Positions 18,101 to 28,015 of a stretch of DNA of 64,000 nt are shown here, piece by piece. The DNA comes from Ostreococcus lucimarinus (Eukaryota), in assembly GCA_000092065.1 (NCBI GenBank), contig CP000597.1; one strand, 5' to 3'. The first letter of the stretch is position 1, and each line of letters starts with the position of its first letter. The notes beneath the pieces are model-generated. The model was given only the letters and a program-made list of their open reading frames with translations, made no database searches and was not told the origin of the DNA. The position numbers and the translations under genes are program-made.

Positions 18101-20740
18101 GCGAAGTTGAGCCTCCTTAAGAGCGTGCTCGCTTATGGTCAGTACTTGCGCCGGTGTCTTCAACTTGAATCCGATCGAATCTAGAAATATCCTGCACGCA
18201 GCAACATCTTCGACTGTTTGCTTTCTCAAGCGGTCCTTCTTGACCTGCGCGAGCTTGCCACCGTGATCCGGAGGCTTTAATGCTGCGAGTACGGATGAAA
18301 TCGCCGTAGGCGTACTGCCATCGGCCGTCTTTAAACTCTTTTTCGCTTGCGATTGTATTGCTTGTTCGGCACATTCTTGTTTCCTGGCCGCATCCAAAAG
18401 ATTAAACTTGAAGCTCGTATCACCTCTGTCTTTTATCGAGTCGCCGCGCTTGCTGCGCGCATGTTTTCGCAACGTACTCCTGAATGCGTTCGCCGCGAAT
18501 GTCATGTTTTGCAGTACCCGTTTCGCTTTCCGATTCGGATCTAGCACGATATCACCCGCACGTTCGATGGCAGACCTCAGTCTGCCATCTTCAAGCTCGT
18601 CTTGCGCGCGTTGCTCTTCCTCGATGTCGACGAGCGAACACGAGTCGATTAAAATCCCGAGCACGAGCGACAAGATGACGGTGGATAAAAAAATCCACGC
18701 GATGGTGTACAGAACGACGACGTCGTTACCGGACGCTACCATAGTATTCCACGCGACAACAAACGAGTCCTCTCCCGTGGCGACAACAAACAGCGTCAAC
18801 GCGCTGCGCAAAAAGTTCCTAAACGTCAAGCGCTCGTCGTCGAGCGCTCCTAACCCGGTGAAGAGTTGAAATCCGTAAATGGCAAATATGACTTGAAATA
18901 ATAGCCAAACGATCAAAAACGGCCACATGTCTTGGAAACCGAGATACGCGCTTGAAATGATCTTCCTAAATTCTCTGTTGTTTCTGATGACGCGAAACGT
19001 TCGCAGCGCCCTTCCTATTCGCAAGAGACGAATGAATGACGCGCTCACGCCTTGACTCGTCACCGCCGTACTGATGACACCGGTAAACACGATCAACCCA
19101 TCGACAACGTTTTGCTTTGAGCTCCAGTATCCTCTAAAGCCGTATCCGATGTGTTTAATCGCCATTTCTACAGCAAAACATCCGAGGAAAACATATTCTA
19201 AAATTTCAGAAGCCTTGACGAATCCCGACGACGCCGCGTGATGCTGCGACATCATCAAAATTGTATTAAATATAATAACCACCGTGATGCTGGCATCAAA
19301 ACGTCGGTCTTCAGCGATTTTCCAGCACATTTGACGCGTTGCATCAGACACAAAGAGACGAAAAAAACGCTCACCATTCTTGTGAAAGTTGTTTCCGCGT
19401 CCATCGCTTTCGCCGCGACTGAGCGCCGTCTCGTCGTCCAAGCTTTCTAGTACTTTCTCTGTCTTCGCCTGGCTCGAGTCTTCGGGCGCTTCGTCTTCGT
19501 CGCGAATACCCATTTGCGTCAACGTCGCGCAAATGACGGATGTAAAGAGTTCCATCATAAAAAACCCACCCATCAGAACGACGACGATGAACCAAAGAAA
19601 CGCCGCGGGATAGCCAACCGCGTACGCCGTGGGATTGAGCAACTCATTCCAACCGTCGATGGTCATTCCATTTAACGCGACAATTGAACTTCTCCCAGCG
19701 TTCGCAAAGCTCAGAAATCCGTCATACGGCTCGATGCCCGAATCACAGCACCACTCCGTCGCGCTTCTGTTTGTGTTCCATTCCTTGTAGTTGCACGTGC
19801 TGTCGTACTCATTTGGGTACGTTCCTTCGGCGCCCAACGCGAGAGCGCCCATCCACGCGCCGACCAAGTTCGCACACGTCTCACTCCCCGTCCCCACGGG
19901 AAACACGTAGCTCGCGTTCGTCGCTTGATCCGGCGGCGTCCCGTACCACCGTCCCGTCATCCGACCGCCGAACATCGTCACGCCGCTCACCGCGAAGAAT
20001 ATTAAAAACCACAGCAAAAACAACAGCACGTCCCCCAACAACGGCAGCGCTCGAGCGATCGTTTTCATCGCCAACCTCGCGCTGCGGTACTTCGCGAACA
20101 ACTTGAACGCGTACAACGACCGCAACAGTCGCACCGTCACCACCTGCGAGCCTCCGATCGGCATCAACATCAACGACAGCACGACGAGCGTGAAATCGAA
20201 CCGATGCCAATTCGTCGTCAAGTACGCCCCCTCGCCCAGCGCGAATCCCAGCGCCACGCTCTTCACCAGCGCCTCCGCCGCGAACACCCCCGCGACGACG
20301 TAATTCGCCGCCGTCGCCGCCGTCGCCTCCGCCGCGCCATCCCTCGCCGGTTTCACCACCGCGACGATCGCGCTCGAGCCCACGACGCACATCGCGACGA
20401 CGGCGTGAAACGCGCGCGCCTCGATCGCGCGCGCGCAGAACCGTCGCGTCGCGCCGTCGCGCCGGAACATCAACAGCGACGCGTCGTTCGCGCGCCATCG
20501 CTCGAGCGTCCTCGCGACGCGTCGCGTCACCGCGCCTCCCGCGTCGTCGTCGCCGTCGCGCGCGTCGTCGTCGTCGTCGTCGCGCGCGCGCGCGCCGTCG
20601 CGCGCGTCGCGCGCGTCGCCGTCGTCGTCGTCGTCGTCGCTCGTCGAGCTCGCGCGCGCGCTGTCGTCCACCTTCCGCGCGCGCGCCTCGCGCGCGTCGC
20701 GCGCGCGCGACACGAACGCGTCCGTGAACTGAAAGTTCAT
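15164..20740 (-). CDS. Four-domain voltage-gated cation channel (CaV/NaV/NALCN superfamily), 1858 aa, single exon.
   Basis: Four homologous 6TM domains, each with an R/K-every-third S4: VTVRLLRSLYAFKLFAKYR; IRLLRIGRALRTFRVIRNNR; ALRLLRIMRPLRSIRRFPGLR; LVRLLRLLKLVKAHSGLR. Pore loops are MTIDGWNEL, ATGEDSF, AGDDWQEIMW and YTGGWVGT. Acidic disordered N-terminus; IQ-like segment TIQLRRLAIRIKKK after domain IV. Confidence 0.85.
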   Translation of the reverse strand: MNFQFTDAFVSRARDAREARARKVDDSARASSTSDDDDDDGDARDARDGARARDDDDDDARDGDDDAGGAVTRRVARTLERWRANDASLLMFRRDGATRRFCARAIEARAFHAVVAMCVVGSSAIVAVVKPARDGAAEATAATAANYVVAGVFAAEALVKSVALGFALGEGAYLTTNWHRFDFTLVVLSLMLMPIGGSQVVTVRLLRSLYAFKLFAKYRSARLAMKTIARALPLLGDVLLFLLWFLIFFAVSGVTMFGGRMTGRWYGTPPDQATNASYVFPVGTGSETCANLVGAWMGALALGAEGTYPNEYDSTCNYKEWNTNRSATEWCCDSGIEPYDGFLSFANAGRSSIVALNGMTIDGWNELLNPTAYAVGYPAAFLWFIVVVLMGGFFMMELFTSVICATLTQMGIRDEDEAPEDSSQAKTEKVLESLDDETALSRGESDGRGNNFHKNGERFFRLFVSDATRQMCWKIAEDRRFDASITVVIIFNTILMMSQHHAASSGFVKASEILEYVFLGCFAVEMAIKHIGYGFRGYWSSKQNVVDGLIVFTGVISTAVTSQGVSASFIRLLRIGRALRTFRVIRNNREFRKIISSAYLGFQDMWPFLIVWLLFQVIFAIYGFQLFTGLGALDDERLTFRNFLRSALTLFVVATGEDSFVVAWNTMVASGNDVVVLYTIAWIFLSTVILSLVLGILIDSCSLVDIEEEQRAQDELEDGRLRSAIERAGDIVLDPNRKAKRVLQNMTFAANAFRSTLRKHARSKRGDSIKDRGDTSFKFNLLDAARKQECAEQAIQSQAKKSLKTADGSTPTAISSVLAALKPPDHGGKLAQVKKDRLRKQTVEDVAACRIFLDSIGFKLKTPAQVLTISEHALKEAQLRLTPKFVEYQDYQDKAFGVTSSIKSSIRHSMTKRFAAQNNRLSIEDKSKEDEHVVFDAHGPWAATITRSISSRVKKQSSEIPGVIVTKDGDFIPLYDDTIPVERYKYLVHKIVSHNLFENAILCMIIAGSVLLATETKTWPVAGSHTAKVYTAVDITFTTLFGAEMVLKLFAYGLYERPTAYLKNSFNILDGVVVFTSIISLTAADDGSGSVRALRLLRIMRPLRSIRRFPGLRLVVNTVLSAIPAVSYVCFIGLVSMSIFALLGMELFMGKFWSCRVVNDASSYTTQATCEAAGGKWRNAKFNFDNFGAALLSTFLLHAGDDWQEIMWVAMDTTGVGTGLKTDNNQAAALYFVLTVAIGNFFWLNLLVTALVDNFNKMASQDKLTFVTPAQRRWQQAILRASTQDSEAWRRIVPPPGKSLWSRARLLAHHISKPKKFAYFILVVVCANLIELLTQTANMSSSAEYAHFCMSIAFTAVYSLEMMLLLMAQGRTRYFRNYWNWLDAFVVVVSIVQAIGQSLNAGGVMNYLQLVRLLRLLKLVKAHSGLRSLFNTFIMSLPGVGNVAALSSLAIFSYAIMGVSLFGDETGPFEGGVLSKYSNFQRFTTACSSLIGVYTGGWVGTFGEVYQTEACLRTEAPFMLESSIDCSYNAAAVPYFISFVIISIFLLGNLFVAIILERFSVSADDEGLYDTEEVVEIIKHTIQLRRLAIRIKKKVVRSREPGGALFDASTKARSVIERFTHSAQEERAVVKGHRGGSVARDHVATLAAFETNGEQGNVVPGRNQSILDLAPETDVTAEREVRPEPEPELELEPPEPLRGAAFFGENRFESRRAYASSTDADSDDDHYAFEMKDPSSGRQPGLNTPNDGLSEREPSELAYSMGESYDAEESASDEDRFAQSSFSPESYRFNASGEEATRVHYARHSDYLYDFRDADDSPERRRKASSLLGSETSDDGATGGQTSDAVSDGEFAKLSFRL

Positions 20741-20920
20741 CGAATCCCGGCGCGTCGCGCGCCGCGCGTCGCGCGCGCGCGCCGCTGTGCCGACGAATCG
20801 AATCGAAACCGCATTCGCATTCGCGAATCGCGCGCGTCAGAGCGCCGCGCGACACGCCGCTCGACGCGACGCGCCGCGTCGCGACGCGCGACGCCGCGCT
20901 CGACGCGCGCGCGCGCGCGC

Positions 20921-20958
20921 GACGCGCTGAAAACGACGCGACGCGCTGAAAACGGCGC
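20921..20958 (+). repeat. Two tandem copies of a 19-bp motif (gacgcgctgaaaacgRcgc) in the shared channel/calmodulin promoter, about 20 bp upstream of the calmodulin-like ATG.
   Basis: Read directly: gacgcgctgaaaacgacgc followed by gacgcgctgaaaacggcgc. Confidence 0.6.
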
Positions 20959-20976
20959 GTTCGATCGCGCGCGGGC

Positions 20977-21468
20977 ATGTCGCGGAAACACCTCACGGAC
21001 GAGGAGCTCGCGAGCGCGTGGCCGTACCTCACGCGCGCGCAGGTGCAGGAGTTCAAGGAGGCGTTCGATATATTCGACGTCGACGGCGGCGGGACGATCA
21101 CGGCGGAGGAGCTCGGGGAGGTGATGAAGTCGCTCGGGCAGAAACCGACGAGGGCGCAGCTGGAGGCGATGGTGCGGGAGATCGACGCGGACGGGGACGG
21201 GGCGATCGATTTTCCAGAGTTTTTGACGATGATGCTGCGGAAGATGAACGAGGGTGATCCGGAGAGGGAGCTCAGGGACGTGTTCACGGTGTTCGATAAG
21301 GATCAGAGCGGGACGATTAGCGCGGATGAGCTGAAGAGCGTGATGAAGGTCATCGGGGAGAAACTGACGGAGCAAGAGATCGAGGACGCGATTCGGTTGG
21401 CGGATACCACGGGAGACGGAGAGGTTGATTACGATGAGTTCATCGCGTTCGTGCTGTCGTCGAATTAA
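20977..21468 (+). CDS. Calmodulin-like EF-hand protein: four EF hands plus a ~25-aa N-terminal extension.
   Basis: [66 protein letters not shown]...[53 protein letters not shown] is nearly collinear with canonical calmodulin. Confidence 0.85.
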   Translation: MSRKHLTDEELASAWPYLTRAQVQEFKEAFDIFDVDGGGTITAEELGEVMKSLGQKPTRAQLEAMVREIDADGDGAIDFPEFLTMMLRKMNEGDPERELRDVFTVFDKDQSGTISADELKSVMKVIGEKLTEQEIEDAIRLADTTGDGEVDYDEFIAFVLSSN

Positions 21469-21633
21469 GATGAAGCGGCGGTGGCGAGCGCGGGGAAAGC
21501 GTTGAGCTAACGACGAACGCGGAGACGCGTTCGTCGGTGTAATGGTATTCTATTGTCTTGAGCTACTCGCGCGCGCGCCCGCGCGCGCTTCTAAATCGCT
21601 AACGACGCGTTCGCGCCTCGCTTCGTCGTCGCG

Positions 21634-22038
21634 CTACGGCGCGTCACCACCACCTCGTCGCCGTCGGTCCTCGCGAAACGCCTCGACGCTCCGCTCGTAC
21701 TCGCGAGGAACGACGTACAAGAACAGGAACCACCACGCCAGGACGGCGGCGCCGACGATGGTGGTGGATAGCGTTCCGAACCAGCCGGCGACGCGCTCGT
21801 CGAGGTGGAGCACGTTCACTGGCGTCGCGGTGGCGAGCACGCCAGTGGCCACGATTGAGTACGGCTGGCACCACGCGGGTTTCGTCTTCCACATATCTGT
21901 CGGCAGATCGTCGTCGCCCTGGGACGACGCGCGAGCAGGGATGGAAACGATACGACGGTGCGCGCGCGTTCCCGGCGCACGCGCGCGGCAACGAAGCCCC
22001 GCTCGCGTGGGCGCCGGTGGGCGCGCGACGCCGCGCAT
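21634..22038 (-). CDS. Small hypothetical membrane protein (two predicted TM helices); frame and start uncertain.
   Basis: Hydrophobic segments IVATGVLATATPVNVL and TTIVGAAVLAWWFLFLYVV inside an ORF otherwise R-rich at its 5' end. Confidence 0.25.
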   Translation of the reverse strand: MRGVARPPAPTRAGLRCRARAPGTRAHRRIVSIPARASSQGDDDLPTDMWKTKPAWCQPYSIVATGVLATATPVNVLHLDERVAGWFGTLSTTIVGAAVLAWWFLFLYVVPREYERSVEAFREDRRRRGGGDAP

Positions 22039-22101
22039 GGCGCTGCTAATTGTGAGGCCAACCCGGCTTCGGTTCGGTGGTGAAAGGTTCGGTGATGATT
22101 A

Positions 22102-23676
22102 TCAATTCGAGCGTCGTTGCTGCTTGCTTCTATTTTCCTGCGGGTCGTTGGCTCCTTTGTCCCCTTTATCCCCATCGCGGTGATGACGCTCGCCGCCGAA
22201 CCGCCGCTCGCCGTCGCCGCGCCCTCCTCTGCCCGCGCGCCCGCCGTCGCCGCGCCCGCCCCTGCCGCCGCGCCCGCCGTCGCCGCGCCCGCCGCCTTGG
22301 CGAAACTTACTCGGCTGGCTCAGTTTGTAATTACCATCCCTCCACATATCGCTTCGATGAATTTCGCCGATGCCTTCGAATATGATTTCTCGAAGCTCGA
22401 CGAAGTTTCGCTCGACGAGCGGTAGCGGATACTTTTCGGCGCCTTCGAGCGCATTCTCTAGCACGAAAGCTGCAGCACCGGAGGCGATCGCGAGAGCTTC
22501 TTCGGCCGAAAACTTGAAACAAATATTCCGCACGGTGTCCGCGATGTGCGGCGGTAAACTGCTCGGCTCAAAACGCGCGGCGCGAACCAACTGACCGGGC
22601 GGCAACGGCGGCGGCGCTTGGTCTCGCTCTCGCTTATGACCCGTAATTTTTGCATCAGCATTCGCCGCCGCGACGGCGGCGTACGTCGTCACCGGTGGCG
22701 GTGGTGGCGCTCCCTTGGTCGTTTGCAGCGACGGCGGCGGCGCCGCGCCCGCTTCCCAGTCCAAAGGCGTGTCGCCGGCGTTGCGCACGACGTCTTCAAA
22801 CGGCGCCCGCAGCGCGGCGTAATCTGGGGTTTGCCCATACTCCAACGTCGCGATCGCGCGTGCGAAAGTTTCTATGGCTGTCGGGCACCCGTGTTTCGGG
22901 CACAACAACGCCGGATTCTTCACGCATTTCTTCTTTTCGCGCTCGACGTTTTGCTTGCTCATCTTTTCTTCGCCCGCCTTCCAGGGCAAAACACCCTCGT
23001 GTGCTTCGACCAAGACGTACAAAGCGCTAAACAAGTCGTCACGCGCGCTCTGTTCCTTGTTTTCGTGCGCGTACACGCTCGCGTACGTCGTCGTCCCTCG
23101 AAACGTCGCGTCGTCCCGCTCCGGCAACACGTTTCCGTCGTCGTCGGTGAACTTGCGCGCCAAACCGAAATCGATCAAATACAACCGCTTCATCCCCTCT
23201 TTACCGTTCCCCACGCACACGTTCCCTGGTTTAATATCTCTGTGCACGTATCCCGCGCCGTGCATGCTCTCCAGCGCGTCCAGCATCGCGATCGCGATCG
23301 CGCACGTCGTCCTCGGCCCGAACCGTCCGCCCCGCGCGCGACTTCGCAAATCCGCCAAATTCTCCCCCACCAGTTCCATCGCCAGGAACGGCTTCCCCTC
23401 GTGCGACGATTCCAGCAGTAACTCCGCGAAGTGTTCCTTCCCCGCCATCGCTCGCATCACCCGCGCCTCTCGCGCGCTCGTCCTGTGTTCGCTCTCCACC
23501 TTGACCGCGACGCGCGCGCCGTCCCGCGTCGCGTCGTTCGCCGCGTACACCTCCGCGAACTGTCCTCGTCCCAGCTTCGGCGCCGACGCCACCGTGAACC
23601 GTCCGTCCGCGCCCAATCGCGCGCCCGGTTTCAGCAGATTGTGCGGCTGCGCGAACTGCGTCGTCGATTTGCTCAT
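22102..23676 (-). CDS. Ser/Thr protein kinase of the casein-kinase-1 superfamily (CK1/TTBK-like) with a C-terminal RGG-rich low-complexity tail.
   Basis: Kinase subdomains: LGRGQFAEVY (Gly loop), VAVK, HRDIKPGNVCVG (catalytic loop), LIDFGLARKF (DFG), TTYASV..., then a C-terminal GGRGDGGRGGRGGRGDGGRAGRGG tract. Confidence 0.75.
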   Translation of the reverse strand: MSKSTTQFAQPHNLLKPGARLGADGRFTVASAPKLGRGQFAEVYAANDATRDGARVAVKVESEHRTSAREARVMRAMAGKEHFAELLLESSHEGKPFLAMELVGENLADLRSRARGGRFGPRTTCAIAIAMLDALESMHGAGYVHRDIKPGNVCVGNGKEGMKRLYLIDFGLARKFTDDDGNVLPERDDATFRGTTTYASVYAHENKEQSARDDLFSALYVLVEAHEGVLPWKAGEEKMSKQNVEREKKKCVKNPALLCPKHGCPTAIETFARAIATLEYGQTPDYAALRAPFEDVVRNAGDTPLDWEAGAAPPPSLQTTKGAPPPPPVTTYAAVAAANADAKITGHKRERDQAPPPLPPGQLVRAARFEPSSLPPHIADTVRNICFKFSAEEALAIASGAAAFVLENALEGAEKYPLPLVERNFVELREIIFEGIGEIHRSDMWRDGNYKLSQPSKFRQGGGRGDGGRGGRGGRGDGGRAGRGGRGDGERRFGGERHHRDGDKGDKGANDPQENRSKQQRRSN

Positions 23677-24101
23677 CGCGACGCGAATCGCTCGACCGTC
23701 GGCGATCCCGTCCCGTCGCGCCCCGTCGCGTCGCGCCCGCGTCCCGCGTCGCGTCGCGTCGCGCGCGTCGCGCGTCCGCGTTCGCTCGCGCGTCGCGCGT
23801 CGCTCGCGCGGGCGTCGCTCGCGCGGGCGTCGGATTCTGTCGTCACTCCGCGCCGCTCGGTCCGACCGTCATGAGCGACAATCCCGCGATGACGATCGTC
23901 GTCGTCTGCGTCGCGGTCACGGTGACGTTCCTCGCCGCGTGCGTCGCGCTGTTCGCGCGCGCCGAGCGCGCGCGACCGACGCCGAGGCCGAGGAAGAGGC
24001 TGAGCGCGAAGAAGCGCGCGCGCGAGCTCAAGCGACGCTCGACGCGCGAGATCGGGTGACGCGCGCGCGAAGAGCGACGACGCATGGTCGATATCGATCG
24101 A

Positions 24102-25892
24102 TTAATCATCGGCGTCGGAGGGGACGTCGTCGTCGCCGGAGGAGGAGGACGGACGGGAGGAGGCGCGCGCGCGGACGACGAAGGAAGCGTCGCGACGAGC
24201 GACGGCGTCGGGAGCGTCGCGAAGCCGGAGGACGAGGGCGAGGGAGGCGGACGCGGCGAGGGCGCCGATGAGGAAGGTGAAGGGTAAATTCCCGGCGCGG
24301 GGGGTCTGGATCCAGACGTAGACGCCGGATTTCGTGTGGAGGACGAGGTCGGTGAAACCGTCGCCGTCGACGTCTCGAGCGACGAGCGGAGCCGCGGGAG
24401 GGGAGGGGAGCTCGATCGGTGCCGTCGCGCGGTAGCCCTTGGAGTTGACGATGACCATCGAACTCGCGCCGGTGGCGATGGCGAGGTCCAAGTATCCATC
24501 GACGCGTATGGGGAACGACGTCAGCGACGGTTTGACGACGTCGTCGCTCGGCGTCCAATCCGCGGTGGTGCGAATTTGCCAACGCTTTTGCTCACCGTCT
24601 CGCGCGTTGTAACACGTCATCTCACCGCGACTGTTGAGAAAAATCGCGTCCCTTCCCATGCGATCGAGCGGTTTCGCGAGCTCGCTCGATGTTTCCGGTA
24701 ACCTGCGAAGCGAAATCGGCGAAACGACTTCGACGGCGCGAATGTCTCGCCCCGCGGCTTGCGCGGCGCGATGACCGGCCAAGCCGCTCCCGCCTCTGCA
24801 AATACTCGCACTGAGCGTGCGTCCCTCGTCGGGCACTCCCGACGTCACGGTCGCCCAACAGTGCGGAATGTCCTCGGCGCTGCGTAAGTTTCGGCCGTGC
24901 GCCTCGACGTGGTCGACGACGCCGTCGCCGTCGAGATCGACGTGCAATCCCGGACTCTTCAATTTCATTTCGCACACCTTGACGCCCGAGTACAAGTGCA
25001 ACACGTCGATGCCCTCGGCGTGATGTGAGACGACGACGTTCGGTGGTTCTCGTTTTCTCACGCGCCGCGCGTGCGTCGACGCGTGCGGCGGATGCGCGTC
25101 GTCGTCGTCGAGTCTACGTTTCGACTCGCCTTTCAGCGCGTCCAACGCGCGTCCGAACGCGCGCGTCGCCGCGTTCGACGGCACGGCTTTCGCCGCCGCC
25201 GCGCCGCGTTTGCGTTTGCCCGCGCTCGCCTTGTCGCGCGCCATCGCGTTTGCGCGAGATTTGTGTCGTCTAAAGTGCGCCAAACGCATCTTCGTATCCA
25301 CCGGGTGCCGCCACAGATGCGGTAGCCCATCCTGCACGATGCTCTCTCTAAAATCTCGACACGCGCGCTCCACGGCGCCGTCGATCTCGTCGTCGTCCAA
25401 GTTTCTCAGGCTCAACCTCGCGCGCGCGCGCCGACGGTGTTCGTCCTCGCCGCTCGTCTCCGTCCAACGCCTCGCGCCCGTGCGAGCGTCGAACGCGTAA
25501 TATTCAAACTCTCCGCCCTCCTCGTCCTCGAGAACCTCGCGCTCGACCTCATCCACCGCGTCGACCCCCCCGAATCCCCGCGTTCGTCCCCGTCGCGTCT
25601 CCATCGTCATCCGCCGCAGCGCCTCGTCGCTCAACCCGCGTCTCGCCCGTCTCTCGCGCCGCACGCCCACGACGACCAGCCCATCGTCCCCTACCTCCGT
25701 GCCCTCGTTCGTCACGACGATCGACGCCTCCGTCGCTCGCCATCGTCCCGTCGGCGCCGTCTCCGCGCGCCACAGCTCGCGCAGCCCGTCGTCGAACGCC
25801 ACCGCGCGCGCGTCTCGCGTCGCCGCCACGACGATCCCGCGCTTCTCTCGCCCCCGTCCGACGATCCCACGCTCGATGACGATCGCGCCGTA

Positions 25893-25933
<41 letters not shown>

Positions 25934-26267
25934 GCGCCAGACTCGCCGTCGCGCGCGTCGACCGCGTCCGACCAACCACCCCTCCGTACTGTTTACCCAT
26001 ACGTCTTCGCCCAAGCGCGTCCTCCCGCGCCTCGCGCGTCACGCCCTCGCGAATCCGCGCGCCCGCGACGTACGCGTGCGTCCGCGACATCGCCGGCGCG
26101 ACGCCCGCGATCGCGCGCCCCCGTTCGTCGCGTCCCGCGCCTCGGCGCGCGCCGAATCCGTCGTCGAATCGCGCGCTCGGCGCGAACGTCACGCCCTCCC
26201 GCGCGCGCGCGGCGACGAAGCACGCGAGCGCGGCGACGCACAGCGCGAGGACGTCCCTCGCGAGCAT
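24102..26267 (-). CDS. FG-GAP / integrin-alpha-like beta-propeller membrane protein with signal peptide and C-terminal TM helix (ITFG/FAM234-like). Start at the ATG at 26267 (signal peptide MLARDVLALCVAALACFVAARA); the ORF-track 5' extension is rejected.
   Basis: Calcium-binding-type loops DLDGDGVVDHV and DVDGDGFTDLV, a C-terminal hydrophobic helix FTFLIGALAASASLALVL, and a signal peptide at the internal Met. Confidence 0.55.
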
Positions 26268-26379
26268 CGCCGCGCGCGCGCGGCGCGATTCGACGCGCGT
26301 CGACGCGCCGGCGCGTCGCGATGTGATTTCGCGCGCGCGACCGACGACGCGCGCGACGCGCGATTTCGCGACGCGCGCG

Positions 26380-26653
26380 ATGCGCGAGCGCCGCGCGTCG
26401 ACGCGAAGCGACGACGACGACGACGACGCGTGCGGCGCGAAGGCGAGCGCGGGCGACGCGGTGACGGACGCGGAAACGGCGCCGACGCGCGAAGATTCGG
26501 ATTCGGCGCGCGACGGCGCGACGACGACGCGCGACGCGCGAGCGCGCGACGACGCGCGCGACGACGACGGCGACGACGACGGCGAGGTCGCGGACGCGCG
26601 GACGCGGAAACGGCGACGCGCGGACGCGCGGGAGGGGCGGGAGGCGAGACGAC

Positions 26654-26715
<62 letters not shown>

Positions 26716-27666
26716 GCGCGGACGACGCGACGCGACGACGAGGCGGAGGACTCGGTGATCGGGGAAGACCCCGCGGTGACGGCGGCGAAAAACGCGGCGC
26801 GCGCGGGACCGACGGCGGCGGAGGCGGCGGCGGCGGCGGAGGCGGAGGCGGCGCGAAGACGCGCGGAGGAGGCGGCGAACGCGCTCGTCACGCGGACGAT
26901 CGATTGTCCGCAGAGCATGGTGGGGAGAATAATCGGTCGGGGTGGGGAGACGATCAAGGGGCTGCAAGCGTCGTCGGGAGCGCACGTCGCGATCGATCAA
27001 AACGTCGGCGAGGGCGAACCGAGGAAGATTACGATCGCGGGCGCGGCGGCGTGCGTGGACGTCGCGAGCGAGTTGGTGGAGAATTTGCTCCTGGGCACGG
27101 GCGTGGGAGGCGGGTTGTTGGTCACCCCGGGACAGATCACGCGGTCGATCGAGTGCCCGAAGGAATCGGTGGGGAAACTCATCGGGCGCGGCGGCGAGAC
27201 GATTCGCGGGATACAAACAGCCACCGGCGCGCGCATGCAAATCGATCAGACCCGTCAGCCGTGTCAGGTCATCCTCGCCGGTTCCGAGGCGTGCGTGGAA
27301 GCTGGCGCGCAGGTGGTTCAAGAAATCATCGACGGCGGCTCGACGGCGGTGTTTAACGAAATCGCTCGAGGCGGTCAAGGATTCGGCGGTCAAGGATTCG
27401 GCGGTCAAGGATACGGCGCGCAAGCCGCCGGTTGGGGCGCGCCTCAAGCGCAAGCCGCCGCCTACGCCAATCCCGCGGCGTACGCGCAGCAACAAGCGAT
27501 GTACGCGCAAATGTACGCGCAGCACTACGGGCAGCAGTACGCCGCCGTCGCCCCCGTCGCCGCCGCCAACCCGTGGCGCGCGCTCGACGACGGCAAGGGC
27601 AACGTCTACTACTACAACGCCCTCACCGGTGTGTCCCAGTGGGAGAAACCGAGCGAATTGACTTGA
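26380..27666 (+). CDS. RNA-binding protein with two KH domains, a GQGFG-repeat linker and a C-terminal WW domain (FUBP/KHSRP-like architecture). The acidic/poly-D N-terminus may be shorter than annotated.
   Basis: KH motifs IDCPQSMVGRIIGRGGETIKGLQASSGAHVAI and IECPKESVGKLIGRGGETIRGIQTATGARMQI (GxxG loops). WW domain: NPWRALDDGKGNVYYYNALTGVSQWEKPSEL. Confidence 0.65.
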
Positions 27667-27685
27667 TTTATAGACGGTGTAATCG

Positions 27686-28015
27686 ATGCCTCGCATCGCG
27701 CGACGGGTCCGACTCGACTTTTTCCTTCGCCGTCGCGAGTCGCCGCACTTCGCGCCTCGCGCCGCGTCGCCGCGCTCGCGCGGCGCGCGCCGATCGCCGC
27801 GCGGCGCCGCCTCTCGCGCGCGCGCATCGCGCATGCGCGTCTCCTCGCGCGCGCTCGCGCCGCGCGACACCGCGCGCGGCGCGCGAGCGCGTCGAAAGCG
27901 CGTCGGCGGCGGCGCCGTCCGCGCGGTGTCGCGCTCGACCGCGCGCGAAAACCGCCGCGAGGAGCTCGTGTGCTACTGGGATTTAGATAACATGCGACCG
28001 CCGTGCGGCGTGGAG
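27686..28015 (+). CDS. NYN/LabA-like domain protein, exon 1. Ends at the GAG|GTGCGTCG donor at 28015; the start codon is uncertain (27686 or an internal Met at ~27833).
   Basis: Exon 1 ends with ELVCYWDLDNMRPPCGVE (start of the NYN domain). The donor GTGCG matches the other introns in this window. Confidence 0.5.

Noticed and set aside
24106-27870. Numerous long R/G/D-rich ORFs overlapping the FG-GAP and KH-WW genes (for example 25437..27356, 25993..27870, 24106..24582, 25712..26014).
   Set aside because: These are alternative-frame or antisense readings of CG-rich low-complexity DNA, with poly-Arg/Asp/Gly translations. The real genes are identified by signal peptide, KH and WW motifs.
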